Part shown: positions 1 to 8,692 of the stretch, one piece after another | How the letters are laid out: each line of letters starts with the position of its first letter | Position numbering within the stretch: position 1 is the stretch's first letter | Source: a virus | Taxonomy: Duplodnaviria > Caudoviricetes | Length of the DNA stretch: 38,548 nt | Direction: 5' to 3' (one strand) | IMG/VR virus record: IMGVR_UViG_3300033518_000313 | Location: 1-38,548 of that record | Notes under the pieces: model-generated | Seen by the model: the letters and a program-made list of their open reading frames with translations, nothing else | Told to the model about the DNA's origin: nothing | Database searches by the model: none | Translations under genes and position numbers: made by a program

Positions 1-6
1 CGCAAA

Positions 7-252
7 TTAAAAATTTTTCCATTGTAAATAAATTTGTTTATATCCGTTTAGCAATAAAATCTTAGAAGTTGACTTACTAAGGCTTTCTCTAAAAATAACT
101 GTAATGAATGAATCCCGACTTCCTGAATACACTAAATTAAAACGAGTATCGCCAACTAAAAGTAATTTGACTAATACTTTTAAGGCACGACCGATTTTAC
201 GCTGCTTAGATGCCTCGTTTATTTGATTCGATATTTCTAACTTCCAGCTCAT
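7..252 (-). CDS. hypothetical protein
   Basis: 81-aa ORF, ATGA overlap with the upstream gene. Confidence 0.55.
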   Translation of the reverse strand: MSWKLEISNQINEASKQRKIGRALKVLVKLLLVGDTRFNLVYSGSRDSFITVIFRESLSKSTSKILLLNGYKQIYLQWKNF

Positions 253-476
253 TTCTCAGACTTGAAATTTCTAACGATTTCTTTCAGCTCTTCAAATTTC
301 ACTTCATCAAGGTCTTTTTCGTAAAATGCGTTGAACTTGACATCGAATCCGGGAACGCTGTAAGTTAGAATATGGTAATCATCTAATTGGGTTTCTAAAG
401 ATTTTGAAATCTCGTCCATTTTTTCCATCCCTAAGTGGTGTGGTAATCCTACTGTAAATATTGGTTTTGCGGTCAT
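249..476 (-). CDS. hypothetical protein
   Basis: 75-aa ORF preceded by the ACAAGGTTTA motif and an A-rich leader. Confidence 0.7.
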   Translation of the reverse strand: MTAKPIFTVGLPHHLGMEKMDEISKSLETQLDDYHILTYSVPGFDVKFNAFYEKDLDEVKFEELKEIVRNFKSEK

Positions 477-506
477 ATTGGTTTATTATTTTAAACCTTG
501 TAAATC

Positions 507-527
507 AAAAATGCTCCCGGAGGAGCA
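507..527 (-). terminator. intrinsic terminator, identical copy at 37782-37802
   Basis: Minus strand reads TGCTCC-TCCG-GGAGCA-TTTTT, downstream of 567..1424. Confidence 0.8.
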
Positions 528-566
528 CTTTCACAGCAAATGAATAAAAAAGAACAGCAGAAATCC

Positions 567-1424
567 CTAAAATCCAAGCGTAAACATTTGACGAGCGTTC
601 AACTCCACAACGGTCTCATCTTCTAAATTTTCTTTCAAAAGCAAAATTGTTTTCAATTCACGCTTGCAATCTCTATATTTGTAAACCAAATCGTTCCACT
701 GTCTGTAGCCTAAGCACTGTTCAGCGCTCAAACTCGTTTGGACATCGTTACCTACTTCTACAATGTTATTACTAGAAATACCATTATTTTCCTTGTAGGT
801 CATTTCATATTTGTAACTTAATGGACAATCAGCGTCGTCGTCGTTACTATATTTCTCTGTAGGTGAGTGCTCTAAGCTATCGGCCAAAACTTCCATTTTA
901 ACCTTCATGTCCATGATTTTATTTTCCTCAATTTCTTCAATTGTTTCCAATCTGTCTTTGATTTCCTTTCCCGTTTTCTTGAAAGTAATTTTGAGGTCTG
1001 AGTAATTGACCATCTCGTCAACTTTTCCCTTTTCTAATTCGTTAGCGTCTTCACTTTTCTTCAATAAGTCTTCTTCTTCCGGAATTAAGGCTTTCTCAAG
1101 AACATAGACCGTTCTTATTCCTAAGTCGCCCTCACCTTGAACTCGAATAGCTTTCATCATATCGATTTTTTCACGCATATCTTGCAATATGTCCTCCGTT
1201 TCAGAAGTATCGTTGAAACCGCCTTTGACTATTTCCCCGCCAGTCGCAGCATAAACATTGTTAATCCATTTTTCAACGGACGCTCTTTCAAAAATATCGT
1301 AAACCTGAGACGGATACGCTTTTTTCAATTGTTCTTCAGAGATTCCTTTTTCAATATTAGTAAAAAAGGCAGTGTTTAATCTGCTATTGAAATCTTCGAC
1401 TTCTAGAAATACCTTACTTTTCAT
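567..1424 (-). CDS. acidic putative internal head/virion protein with several K-(A/G/S) motifs
   Basis: 285 aa; contains IEKG, IVKG, MMKA, LEKA, LKKS and LEKG; last gene of the leader-bearing cluster. Confidence 0.55.
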   Translation of the reverse strand: MKSKVFLEVEDFNSRLNTAFFTNIEKGISEEQLKKAYPSQVYDIFERASVEKWINNVYAATGGEIVKGGFNDTSETEDILQDMREKIDMMKAIRVQGEGDLGIRTVYVLEKALIPEEEDLLKKSEDANELEKGKVDEMVNYSDLKITFKKTGKEIKDRLETIEEIEENKIMDMKVKMEVLADSLEHSPTEKYSNDDDADCPLSYKYEMTYKENNGISSNNIVEVGNDVQTSLSAEQCLGYRQWNDLVYKYRDCKRELKTILLLKENLEDETVVELNARQMFTLGF

Positions 1425-1428
1425 AATG

Positions 1429-1760
1429 CTATTTTTTATTTTTGAATTCTTTTAGTTCTTTTTTTTGGTCTTCTGCTTCCAATTCGTCGTCATCGTGACT
1501 CTCACTTCTTAAGACTTGTACTAAATTTTCATGTTCAGCTACAAATTCGTCTTCATCCATTTCTACTTTTTTAGTATCGACTTTCATACCTAAAAATTCA
1601 GAATCACTCACCTTTTTGGGTTCTTCTTTTTCTATAGCTGGTTTGGTGGAGTCAACCACTTTGCCCTTTTCTATGATATCTTGGACTTCGGCGAAGCCTT
1701 TTAAGATATTTAGTTTGCGAGCCGCAATGTTCTGTTGTATTTTTCGTTGTATGAGTCCAT
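1429..1760 (-). CDS. leader-bearing putative internal head protein, 1-nt frameshift near 1740-1744
   Basis: ATG at 1760 gives MDSYNE; a shifted frame continues IQQNIAARKLNILKGFAEVQDIIEKG into ORF 1429..1659; break lies in an A5 run. Confidence 0.7.
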
Positions 1761-1770
1761 AATTATAATT

Positions 1771-2399
1771 TTATCTCCAAATTGATATATCGTGTTCGTC
1801 TATTTTGTTTTTAACCTCAGAAAACTTTCCTTCAAGTTCGGTGACCTTAGAAGTTGCTTGTTTTACCTTTTCTTCCAAGTCATTCAAATCCCCTCCGTAT
1901 CGGTTGGCGTCATCATCAGTCCAATCATCGCCCTTTTGTCCTGCTTCTTCATTCATATCGGAGTCTAAGTCTTTTAGTTGACGCTCGTAATTTTCCAAAT
2001 CGTACTTAGCACCATCTAAGTCGACATCTAAGTCCCAATATGTTTTTACCAATTTATCCTTTTTAGATTCGGTCATGGAAACTCTTTTAGGAATATCTGT
2101 CTTGGAGAATTCGACACCTTGTTTCTCCAATGCTTCTCGCTTGAACATTTTACCGCCTGAAGTATGAATGATTCCATCTTTTACTTTTTTTACTTGGTGT
2201 GTGACTCCTTGATGCTTGAACGACCCTGATACTTGTTGTTTGGGAGCGCCATAGGTTTGTCCTACTCTACCAAGTTTCATATTTTCCGCATTATTCTTAT
2301 AGACCGCTTTTTCTATGCAGTCTTGACTTCAGAAAAGCCTTTTAAGATGTTCAATCTTCGGGATGCGTTATGCTCGTGTATTTCTTCGAATTGGTCCAT
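1771..2399 (-). CDS. leader-bearing putative internal head protein, 1-nt frameshift near 2325
   Basis: ATG at 2399 gives MDQFEEIHEHNASRRLNILKGFSEV; a shifted frame continues DCIEKAVYKNNAENMKLGRVGQ into ORF 1771..2280; coiled-coil C-terminus. Confidence 0.7.
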
Positions 2400-2401
2400 G
2401 C

Positions 2402-3166
2402 TTATTTTGCTTTTGAGTTCTTCAAATGGTTCAAATCAATCACCCCCTTTATAGAAGCTACAGCGAAACCTCTAGAAACATGTCCCGTGGGTTTTTTAAA
2501 TGCTTGAGGTGGGAACACTTGGTATCCTTTTCTTCTAAGGTAATCTTGGTATCCCTTTCGGTCAGTTATTATACTTTCAACCTCTCCAGACGTGTATAAG
2601 TCTCTGTTATAGTTATCATTACTCACGACCTTTATAACATCGCCGACTTTCAATGAATTTATGGAGCCGAAATTGAATCCACCGCCTTTCATTTGGAACA
2701 AAGCCATACCCTTATTTTGCTCTATCATATCCAAAACGCTATAACCAAAACTCGTTTTCAAATTGTATTGACTGCAATTTGCTCCGCAATTTATTGCTGG
2801 AACTCCAAAGTCTGCTAATGGCGTCACATCATCCCAACTCTTCGCACCTTTAGTTTTGAAAAATGCGGCATCTTGACCTAACTTATCGGAAATTAATTTT
2901 TGACTGAATTTTTCTACCGTTGGAGTGGCGTCTTCTTTCTTCGGTTGAGCACTTTGAGTAGGTGCTGAGGCTTGACCGCCCCCTCCTGGAATAGTTCTCC
3001 AATCAAATTTACCGCTTGGCAACTGCTTCCAAACCCATTTACCGTTCGGGTGAACATCACCCACATTTCTCGCTTTTTCAATAGCGTCATTTACTTCCAC
3101 AAATCCTTTCAGGATATTAACTTTGCGTCCGGCAATGTTATTTTGAATTTCTTCGAATGCGTCCAT
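2402..3166 (-). CDS. leader-bearing putative internal head protein (intact)
   Basis: Starts MDAFEEIQNNIAGRKVNILKGFVEVNDAIEKA, then a short W-rich module, a G/Q/P linker and a C-terminal domain. Confidence 0.75.
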   Translation of the reverse strand: MDAFEEIQNNIAGRKVNILKGFVEVNDAIEKARNVGDVHPNGKWVWKQLPSGKFDWRTIPGGGGQASAPTQSAQPKKEDATPTVEKFSQKLISDKLGQDAAFFKTKGAKSWDDVTPLADFGVPAINCGANCSQYNLKTSFGYSVLDMIEQNKGMALFQMKGGGFNFGSINSLKVGDVIKVVSNDNYNRDLYTSGEVESIITDRKGYQDYLRRKGYQVFPPQAFKKPTGHVSRGFAVASIKGVIDLNHLKNSKAK

Positions 3167-3185
3167 TTTCTGTCAATTTTTAAAA

Positions 3186-3530
3186 TTAATAGCTGTAATC
3201 TTGTTTGTCTTCAAATTCCTTTTCTGAATCTACCACTGTAGTTAAATCATCGAACTCCATTTCCCCGAACATGCTTTCATATAGGTTCAAAAAAGGTTGG
3301 GGAGTTCCTAACTTCTTAGCGAGTATTAACGCTCCAGCACACTGTCTTTTGTTTGGGTCGTCTTGACCTTGAGGAATTTCATAGTTTACTGTTTTGTGGC
3401 AAACGAAGCCGTGTTCTTTGTTTTGCTCCACTATTTCTTTTGCCCTTTCCCTACCTAATGAATTTATCCCCTTATCACTTTTAATGAATGGACAGTTTTC
3501 GCAAGGTTTTTTCATATATGGTATTTTCAT
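3186..3530 (-). CDS. Cys-rich hypothetical protein (PCxxCPF ... FxCHKT ... QCAGA)
   Basis: Probable metal-binding Cys/His pattern common in phage proteins. Confidence 0.7.
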   Translation of the reverse strand: MKIPYMKKPCENCPFIKSDKGINSLGRERAKEIVEQNKEHGFVCHKTVNYEIPQGQDDPNKRQCAGALILAKKLGTPQPFLNLYESMFGEMEFDDLTTVVDSEKEFEDKQDYSY

Positions 3531-3904
3531 GATTTTCTGATTTTGATTGTTCTGAAATCTTCCAACCCTGATTCACTAATCCAGAAACAAACAGGAGAAG
3601 CGTTTTGCTCAGCTATCACCGTTACTTTATCATCAATTCTACAAACTTCTATGCTACCAATACAAACTTGATAATCATCAGCCAAAGTTTCAACCTTTTT
3701 GATTTTGTCGATTTCCATGAATGCTTTCAATTCATTTATATCCCACATTTCGTCCCAATCATCTTTACAGCGTGAAACTGAAGTTATAAGGCATAATTCC
3801 TTAGGGAAACACTCTAACTTATCTGCTAAGGTATTAAGGTACTCTTCCGGATAAAAGTCCAGCTCTTCATCGCCTAACTTTTGGGTTTCTACATATAGTG
3901 CCAT
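3527..3904 (-). CDS. hypothetical protein
   Basis: 125-aa ORF overlapping both neighbours by 1-4 nt. Confidence 0.7.
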   Translation of the reverse strand: MALYVETQKLGDEELDFYPEEYLNTLADKLECFPKELCLITSVSRCKDDWDEMWDINELKAFMEIDKIKKVETLADDYQVCIGSIEVCRIDDKVTVIAEQNASPVCFWISESGLEDFRTIKIRKS

Positions 3905-4584
3905 TATCTTAAGTTTTTAATTATTTGAACGTTGTGCCCTACTTGAAATCCGTCTTCCCAAGTTTTTGTTGTTTTCACTTTCTTAACGGTGTTTTTGATT
4001 TTTCCCATTTTTACCTGAACGAATTCCTCAACCGCTTTATCATTTCTGATTATCAATCCTGTACAAGTTGCGTTTTCTCTCTCGAATTTTTCTCGCTCTT
4101 CTTCTAGCTTTCTACCTAATCCCATTAAGCACCCCATTATGAACTCACGTTGAAAACTATCCAACCCCTTACCGAATCCAGCTTGGTCTCTTTTGTAAAT
4201 GCGTTTGCCCTCGGCTACAAATACAGGAAGCACTATATTGTAAATCATGGTAACTACTTCGATGTTTTCTTTACTACCTACCAAAGTAACACGGTGACCT
4301 CCCATATATGCTCTACACCAATTGTATTTTGCTATGGCTCTGTAAATATAGTAACCTAACGTATCGCTCACGCTTGAGATTTTTGAGCTTGCGTAAAACG
4401 TTATGATGTTTTCTTTTAGCTCTTCGAAACTGATTTCTGAAAGTGAGATGTTGTACTTCGCCAATAGGGTTTGAACCTTTGCGGCAAACGCTTCTGCTTC
4501 GTGAATGCTTCCTAACTCGGCTGCGCTTTCTTGTTTAACTATCAGCTTTTTGATTTTGTCGATAATTGCATTTGATTTTTTCAT
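3904..4584 (-). CDS. DUF2786-family protein
   Basis: N-terminal IIDKIKKL...HEAEAFAAKVQTLLAKYNI matches the DUF2786 pattern; first gene after the repeated promoter. Confidence 0.75.
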   Translation of the reverse strand: MKKSNAIIDKIKKLIVKQESAAELGSIHEAEAFAAKVQTLLAKYNISLSEISFEELKENIITFYASSKISSVSDTLGYYIYRAIAKYNWCRAYMGGHRVTLVGSKENIEVVTMIYNIVLPVFVAEGKRIYKRDQAGFGKGLDSFQREFIMGCLMGLGRKLEEEREKFERENATCTGLIIRNDKAVEEFVQVKMGKIKNTVKKVKTTKTWEDGFQVGHNVQIIKNLR

Positions 4585-4734
4585 GATGTGAATTTTTCCG
4601 TTGTTAAAATTTCTATGTAGTTACTTACTACATAGTAAAGGTACTGCCTTTCTAATAAACGACCTAATTTTTACCAAAGTTTTTTTATCAAAATACCAAA
4701 GTTTTTTAAAAACCCTTAATTCTATTGGGTTTCT
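4578..4734 (-). promoter_or_regulatory. 157-bp promoter/leader cassette, copy 1 (Bacteroidota-type -33/-7 promoter plus inverted repeat)
   Basis: Ungapped match to 10545-10701; minus strand TTAG-N20-TACCTTTA followed by a perfect 9-bp inverted repeat at 4613-4635. Confidence 0.8.
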
Positions 4735-4919
4735 AGTTTGTAGAATTTTCCAATAATCTGCGTTTAGCTTGAGATTCTCTCATCTTTTTCTTGGTTTCTT
4801 CAGATGCGGTTTTACCTCGTTGTAATATCCTAAGTTTTGATTTCATCTGAAAATCTACCCTGTCCAAAACTTCCTAATTCTAAATTATAACCTATTTTAT
4901 CATCAGTTGATTTGAACTT
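4733..4919 (-). pseudogene. GIY-YIG/NUMOD3 homing endonuclease remnant
   Basis: KFKSTDDKIGYNLELG (end of GIY-YIG domain), frameshift, then GKTASEETKKKMRESQ (NUMOD3-like); N-terminal catalytic part absent. Confidence 0.65.
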
Positions 4920-4921
4920 TA

Positions 4922-6607
4922 TTATAAAAATTTAAAACTGAATCCAGTTGTTATCTGACGAACCCCTATTGTATTGAGCCACATTGACATCATCATATCA
5001 TCATGTTCACCAACACCCTCAATTCCGTTTTCGGTAAAAGTGGTGGACATTAACTCGTTTGATAGCATATCGGCTGTGTCTCTCGATGCCTGATTTCCTC
5101 GAGGGCAACGTATTTTGCCTCTTTCGTACAGTAATGCTAATCCCGGAACTCCAAGCTTCAAATCGTACTTATTGCTTCCCGTCGTATGCCCCCTTACAGG
5201 AAGTCCCATCTTATCACTTTCTTGTACGAAGATTTGTTGAAATACGTTATTCTCCATAATTATGATATCGGGTTGAAATGCTGTATTGATTCCTTTTATA
5301 ACCGCCATTTGCTCAGAGAAGTTTTTTCCTTTGAATCGAGTTATGTTCATTAGCCATATATTATCATTCTCATCAACTCCCGTGGTTGTGATAACGGTAT
5401 AATCCGCTCCAACGCTTGCTGATATGGAAAAGTCACAAGACGTAACAACCGTGTTAAATTTAAGTTTATAGCCATCCCTACTGTTTGTGAATACATAATC
5501 GTCCATACCCAAATAAGACCTTTGGATAATTTCTAGAGGGAATAGTGAGCTTTCATTAGTAACAGGTTTACAAAGATTTTCCCTTGAAAATATTAAGTTA
5601 CCTTGAGTTTCTCTTTTTTCTAATAGTTCGTCTAACCCCCAACGCTCACGCCATAGTACTGTACCATCAGGAAATATTGCCGGATATTCTCTACAATGCC
5701 ATCCCCTTTTACTTTTTAGGTCTCCATATAAATCCGCATTATGGAACGGAGTACCCACTACACCAACCTGACCTCCCGGAACAATCATGTTCATGATAAC
5801 CGCCTGAAAATATTCAATTGACTTTTTTCTTTGTACCGACGAATAAATAACGTTATCTTTCAAACCATCATCAACCGCTATATATCCTGGGTGAGCTCCA
5901 CGTACCGCAGACCCAAAACCTTTTGTTCTAAGTCTTGTTCCGTTCTTGCAAGTTATCTCGGTTTTCGCCCATCCCTCAGAAGTTGACTTTGGTAATAGCT
6001 TTTCCCTAATTTCATCATTTTCTTCAATGGTACCCTTTAGGATTTCAAGTAAGTCTGTAGCTTGTTGTTGGGAAAAGGAAAACAGATAGCCTAATTTACT
6101 CATTGATAAATCGAACCTACTAATTTGAGGCGAAATGAACGGTTGGTATCGGTACATCTTCCAAACCAAGTAGACATTTGAAAAGTAATAGGACTTTCCG
6201 TGGTCACGGGCAGCTATCACATTAAACTTATCATATCTTTGTACGATGTCTCCCCACTCCAAGTGATGCCAATTAAGCATAAAGGAGGGAATCTTGGACA
6301 TTATAAAATACGTCAAGTTCTCAATACATAGGGTTTCTTCAATTTGCTTAGCGACATTGTCCAAATAACCTATCTTAGCGTTAATGTTATTCTTTTTACC
6401 GTATAACGCTTGTAAGATTTCTTCTAACATTACGTTATATAATTTTTCGGTATCAAGTTCATAACCGCCCAATAGTTCTCTGACGCCACCGTCGTCAAGA
6501 TTATTTACTATCTCTTCGAAAATACGAAAAGCCTCAGCGAGTTGCTCTGAGGTGAAATTCGTAGGAAACTTTTGTATTATCCTATTCTCTGCGGGAGTTA
6601 TTAACAT
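4922..6607 (-). CDS. terL: terminase large subunit
   Basis: Walker A AARDHGKS, Walker B YIAVDD, motif III VGTP, nuclease CDFS ... HDDMMMS. Confidence 0.92.
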   Translation of the reverse strand: MLITPAENRIIQKFPTNFTSEQLAEAFRIFEEIVNNLDDGGVRELLGGYELDTEKLYNVMLEEILQALYGKKNNINAKIGYLDNVAKQIEETLCIENLTYFIMSKIPSFMLNWHHLEWGDIVQRYDKFNVIAARDHGKSYYFSNVYLVWKMYRYQPFISPQISRFDLSMSKLGYLFSFSQQQATDLLEILKGTIEENDEIREKLLPKSTSEGWAKTEITCKNGTRLRTKGFGSAVRGAHPGYIAVDDGLKDNVIYSSVQRKKSIEYFQAVIMNMIVPGGQVGVVGTPFHNADLYGDLKSKRGWHCREYPAIFPDGTVLWRERWGLDELLEKRETQGNLIFSRENLCKPVTNESSLFPLEIIQRSYLGMDDYVFTNSRDGYKLKFNTVVTSCDFSISASVGADYTVITTTGVDENDNIWLMNITRFKGKNFSEQMAVIKGINTAFQPDIIIMENNVFQQIFVQESDKMGLPVRGHTTGSNKYDLKLGVPGLALLYERGKIRCPRGNQASRDTADMLSNELMSTTFTENGIEGVGEHDDMMMSMWLNTIGVRQITTGFSFKFL

Positions 6608-7291
6608 TTACATTGATTTGATGATTGCGGATAATTTAGTTGATATGCTTTTCACTTTAGCTTTTTCTTTGGATGTGATATCCTTATTCTGATTTAGACT
6701 CAAAAGTTTACCAAGTGATACATTAAGAAGTTCTTTGATATCTGCTCCTTGATTTTCAATTATCTTTTTTCTGTCCATAATTAGCGTGAACTCACTTTTA
6801 TCATCACTCACATATCTAACGACCCCAAACATTTCTAAATTAGCGAACAACTCGTCAAAGTTCTTCCAACTCAATTTAGAAACTACTTTTAGCGTTTTTC
6901 GGGTGAACATTACTTCGCGCTCTCCGCCTAATAAGGCAGTGAGAGTTTCTTCCTGTATATGCTTAGGAACGGTTGCTCTAATGTGATTCTCCATTAGAAG
7001 CCTAACCCAAGCCTCAATTCTTTCTTTGTTTTTGGTTTCGTTCAGATAGTCAACCGCTATTTCTTCAGCCTTTACAGTTGCTCTGGAATTGATAATGAAT
7101 TTCATTTCATCATAGGTCAATTCAAAAACCACTATTTGGTCTTCATATTTCTTCATTGCTTCGATGAAATATTCATTCACCACAGGCTCATTGCCTCCAA
7201 TAATTACAAATTTGAAATCCTGTTGAGGTGGAGTCTCTAAGATTTCCGCTGGTCCGTTTTCCTCATTTACTTGTTCTACTACTACTTTCAT
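6608..7291 (-). CDS. hypothetical protein
   Basis: 227-aa ORF abutting terL. Confidence 0.7.
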   Translation of the reverse strand: MKVVVEQVNEENGPAEILETPPQQDFKFVIIGGNEPVVNEYFIEAMKKYEDQIVVFELTYDEMKFIINSRATVKAEEIAVDYLNETKNKERIEAWVRLLMENHIRATVPKHIQEETLTALLGGEREVMFTRKTLKVVSKLSWKNFDELFANLEMFGVVRYVSDDKSEFTLIMDRKKIIENQGADIKELLNVSLGKLLSLNQNKDITSKEKAKVKSISTKLSAIIKSM

Positions 7292-7304
7292 GTTGCTTTG
7301 GTTT

Positions 7305-7928
7305 TTAAAATTGAAATGTTGTTCTTGGCATGTTTGCTGATTTGCTGTTTACTACTTTCGTTTCACTCCTGAATTTCATAGTGAAGAATTTGAATAATTC
7401 CCATGTTGCTATTACATCCGGCATTGCCCTATGTGCTCCAATTAATTTGACTCCTGCTTCTTCACAACACCTACCCAAATTCAAAGACTCAATAGTTGGC
7501 CAAGCACGTTTAGCGTCGCCCATGGTGTCTATGAATACGTCCGCTATCAATGTATTGAAAGGAGTTTTTGACCCCCTGAAAAGGCTCTCCATAAACCTTA
7601 TATCAAATGGTATATTGTGACCTAAAATAACAGGCTTGAGTGATGGATGATTTCCGCCCATGCTTTTCTTAAAATATTCTGCTAAGGCTTTAATTGCTTC
7701 CGCTTTTGTTATTCCCTCAGCTTCTACGTCTCTCATTTTTATGCCGTTGGCTGCCAATGCTCCTTTCTCTACTATTAAGTCGTCATACGGTTTGATATAA
7801 GTTTCGTAACGCATTACTTCCTTAAAATTATTATCAAACGTTATTAACGCTATTTCTAAGATGGGATTATTCTCGCAGTTGAGTCCTCCCGTTTCAGTAT
7901 CGAATACAATGTAATTAGCTTTCTTCAT
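7305..7928 (-). CDS. DEDDh 3'-5' exonuclease (DnaQ/epsilon-like)
   Basis: ExoI VFDTETGG, ExoII GHNIPFD, ExoIII AHRAMPD. Confidence 0.9.
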   Translation of the reverse strand: MKKANYIVFDTETGGLNCENNPILEIALITFDNNFKEVMRYETYIKPYDDLIVEKGALAANGIKMRDVEAEGITKAEAIKALAEYFKKSMGGNHPSLKPVILGHNIPFDIRFMESLFRGSKTPFNTLIADVFIDTMGDAKRAWPTIESLNLGRCCEEAGVKLIGAHRAMPDVIATWELFKFFTMKFRSETKVVNSKSANMPRTTFQF

Positions 7929-7953
7929 TATTCAGTCATGTCTGTTGGTTTGG

Positions 7954-8388
7954 CTACAAACTGCATTTATTAACTTCTTGGAAATCTACGTCGGTTTGGA
8001 AATCTACTTCAGCCTGAGCGTCTATTTCTTTTGAGGTCGCATCATACACGATAGCATCTCTGGCCTCATTATCTTCCAACACTTTTGTTAAAGCATCATG
8101 CCAAACTATTTCTCTTGTTTTTGATTCACAAAAATACTTTAGAGCCGACCCTACTTCTTTGAATTTACTACTGACTAAATCGATGTATTTTTCCGTAGCT
8201 TTAATTTGATCTAAGCTAACACAACTATCAATGATTTTCTTTCCTTTGTCGAAGATGTCTATTTCAGCATCCTTATACCTTTTTACAACAGTTACCGTAA
8301 ATTCACCAAAGTCAATTATTTTATTATCATCCATTTTATTATCATCCATTTTATTATCATCCATGATTTCATTTATTTGATTAAACAA
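7954..8388 (-). CDS. hypothetical protein (true start probably one of the MDDNK ATGs)
   Basis: ORF with N-terminal (MDDNK)x3. Confidence 0.65.
   Translation of the reverse strand: MFNQINEIMDDNKMDDNKMDDNKIIDFGEFTVTVVKRYKDAEIDIFDKGKKIIDSCVSLDQIKATEKYIDLVSSKFKEVGSALKYFCESKTREIVWHDALTKVLEDNEARDAIVYDATSKEIDAQAEVDFQTDVDFQEVNKCSL
8318..8364. repeat. 15-bp tandem repeat x3 (ATTTTATTATCATCC)
   Basis: Three perfect units encoding MDDNK. Confidence 0.9.
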
Positions 8389-8426
8389 AATATGGCCGAC
8401 GGAGTTTGCCCCCTATCGACCATATA
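8386..8426 (-). terminator. probable intrinsic terminator
   Basis: Minus strand ATATGGTCGA...TCGGCCATAT-TTTG, just after 8439..8639. Confidence 0.5.
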
Positions 8427-8438
8427 ATACTTGGTTAG

Positions 8439-8639
8439 TTAGTTATCCCAACCTGTTCCTGCTGTAGCGATTCCGGCTGCGATGGCAGCTTCGGCGTTCG
8501 CTACTCCAATTGCAACGCAAAGTTTTTGGCCTGAAGCCGACTCACCCTTAGCGAAGCATCTGTTGCCAGTTCTGTCCATTACCGCATTAAGCATTACTTC
8601 TTTCTTTTTTGAAACCACATTGTAAGCTAAAATTTCCAT
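8439..8639 (-). CDS. small protein, possibly DUF5679-like without Zn-binding cysteine pairs
   Basis: 66 aa MEILAYNVVSKKKEVM...AKG...G.KL; has its own upstream motif and terminator. Confidence 0.6.
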   Translation of the reverse strand: MEILAYNVVSKKKEVMLNAVMDRTGNRCFAKGESASGQKLCVAIGVANAEAAIAAGIATAGTGWDN

Positions 8640-8692
8640 GTTTTAAAATTTTAAATTAATAATCATTTTTATAGTAAACCTTGTTAGTATTT

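Noticed and set aside
2313-2315. TAG read-through or alternative genetic code
   Set aside because: The downstream homology is in a different frame, so this is a frameshift. TAG ends other genes normally (e.g. 567, 7954, 19778) and long genes are intact under code 11.
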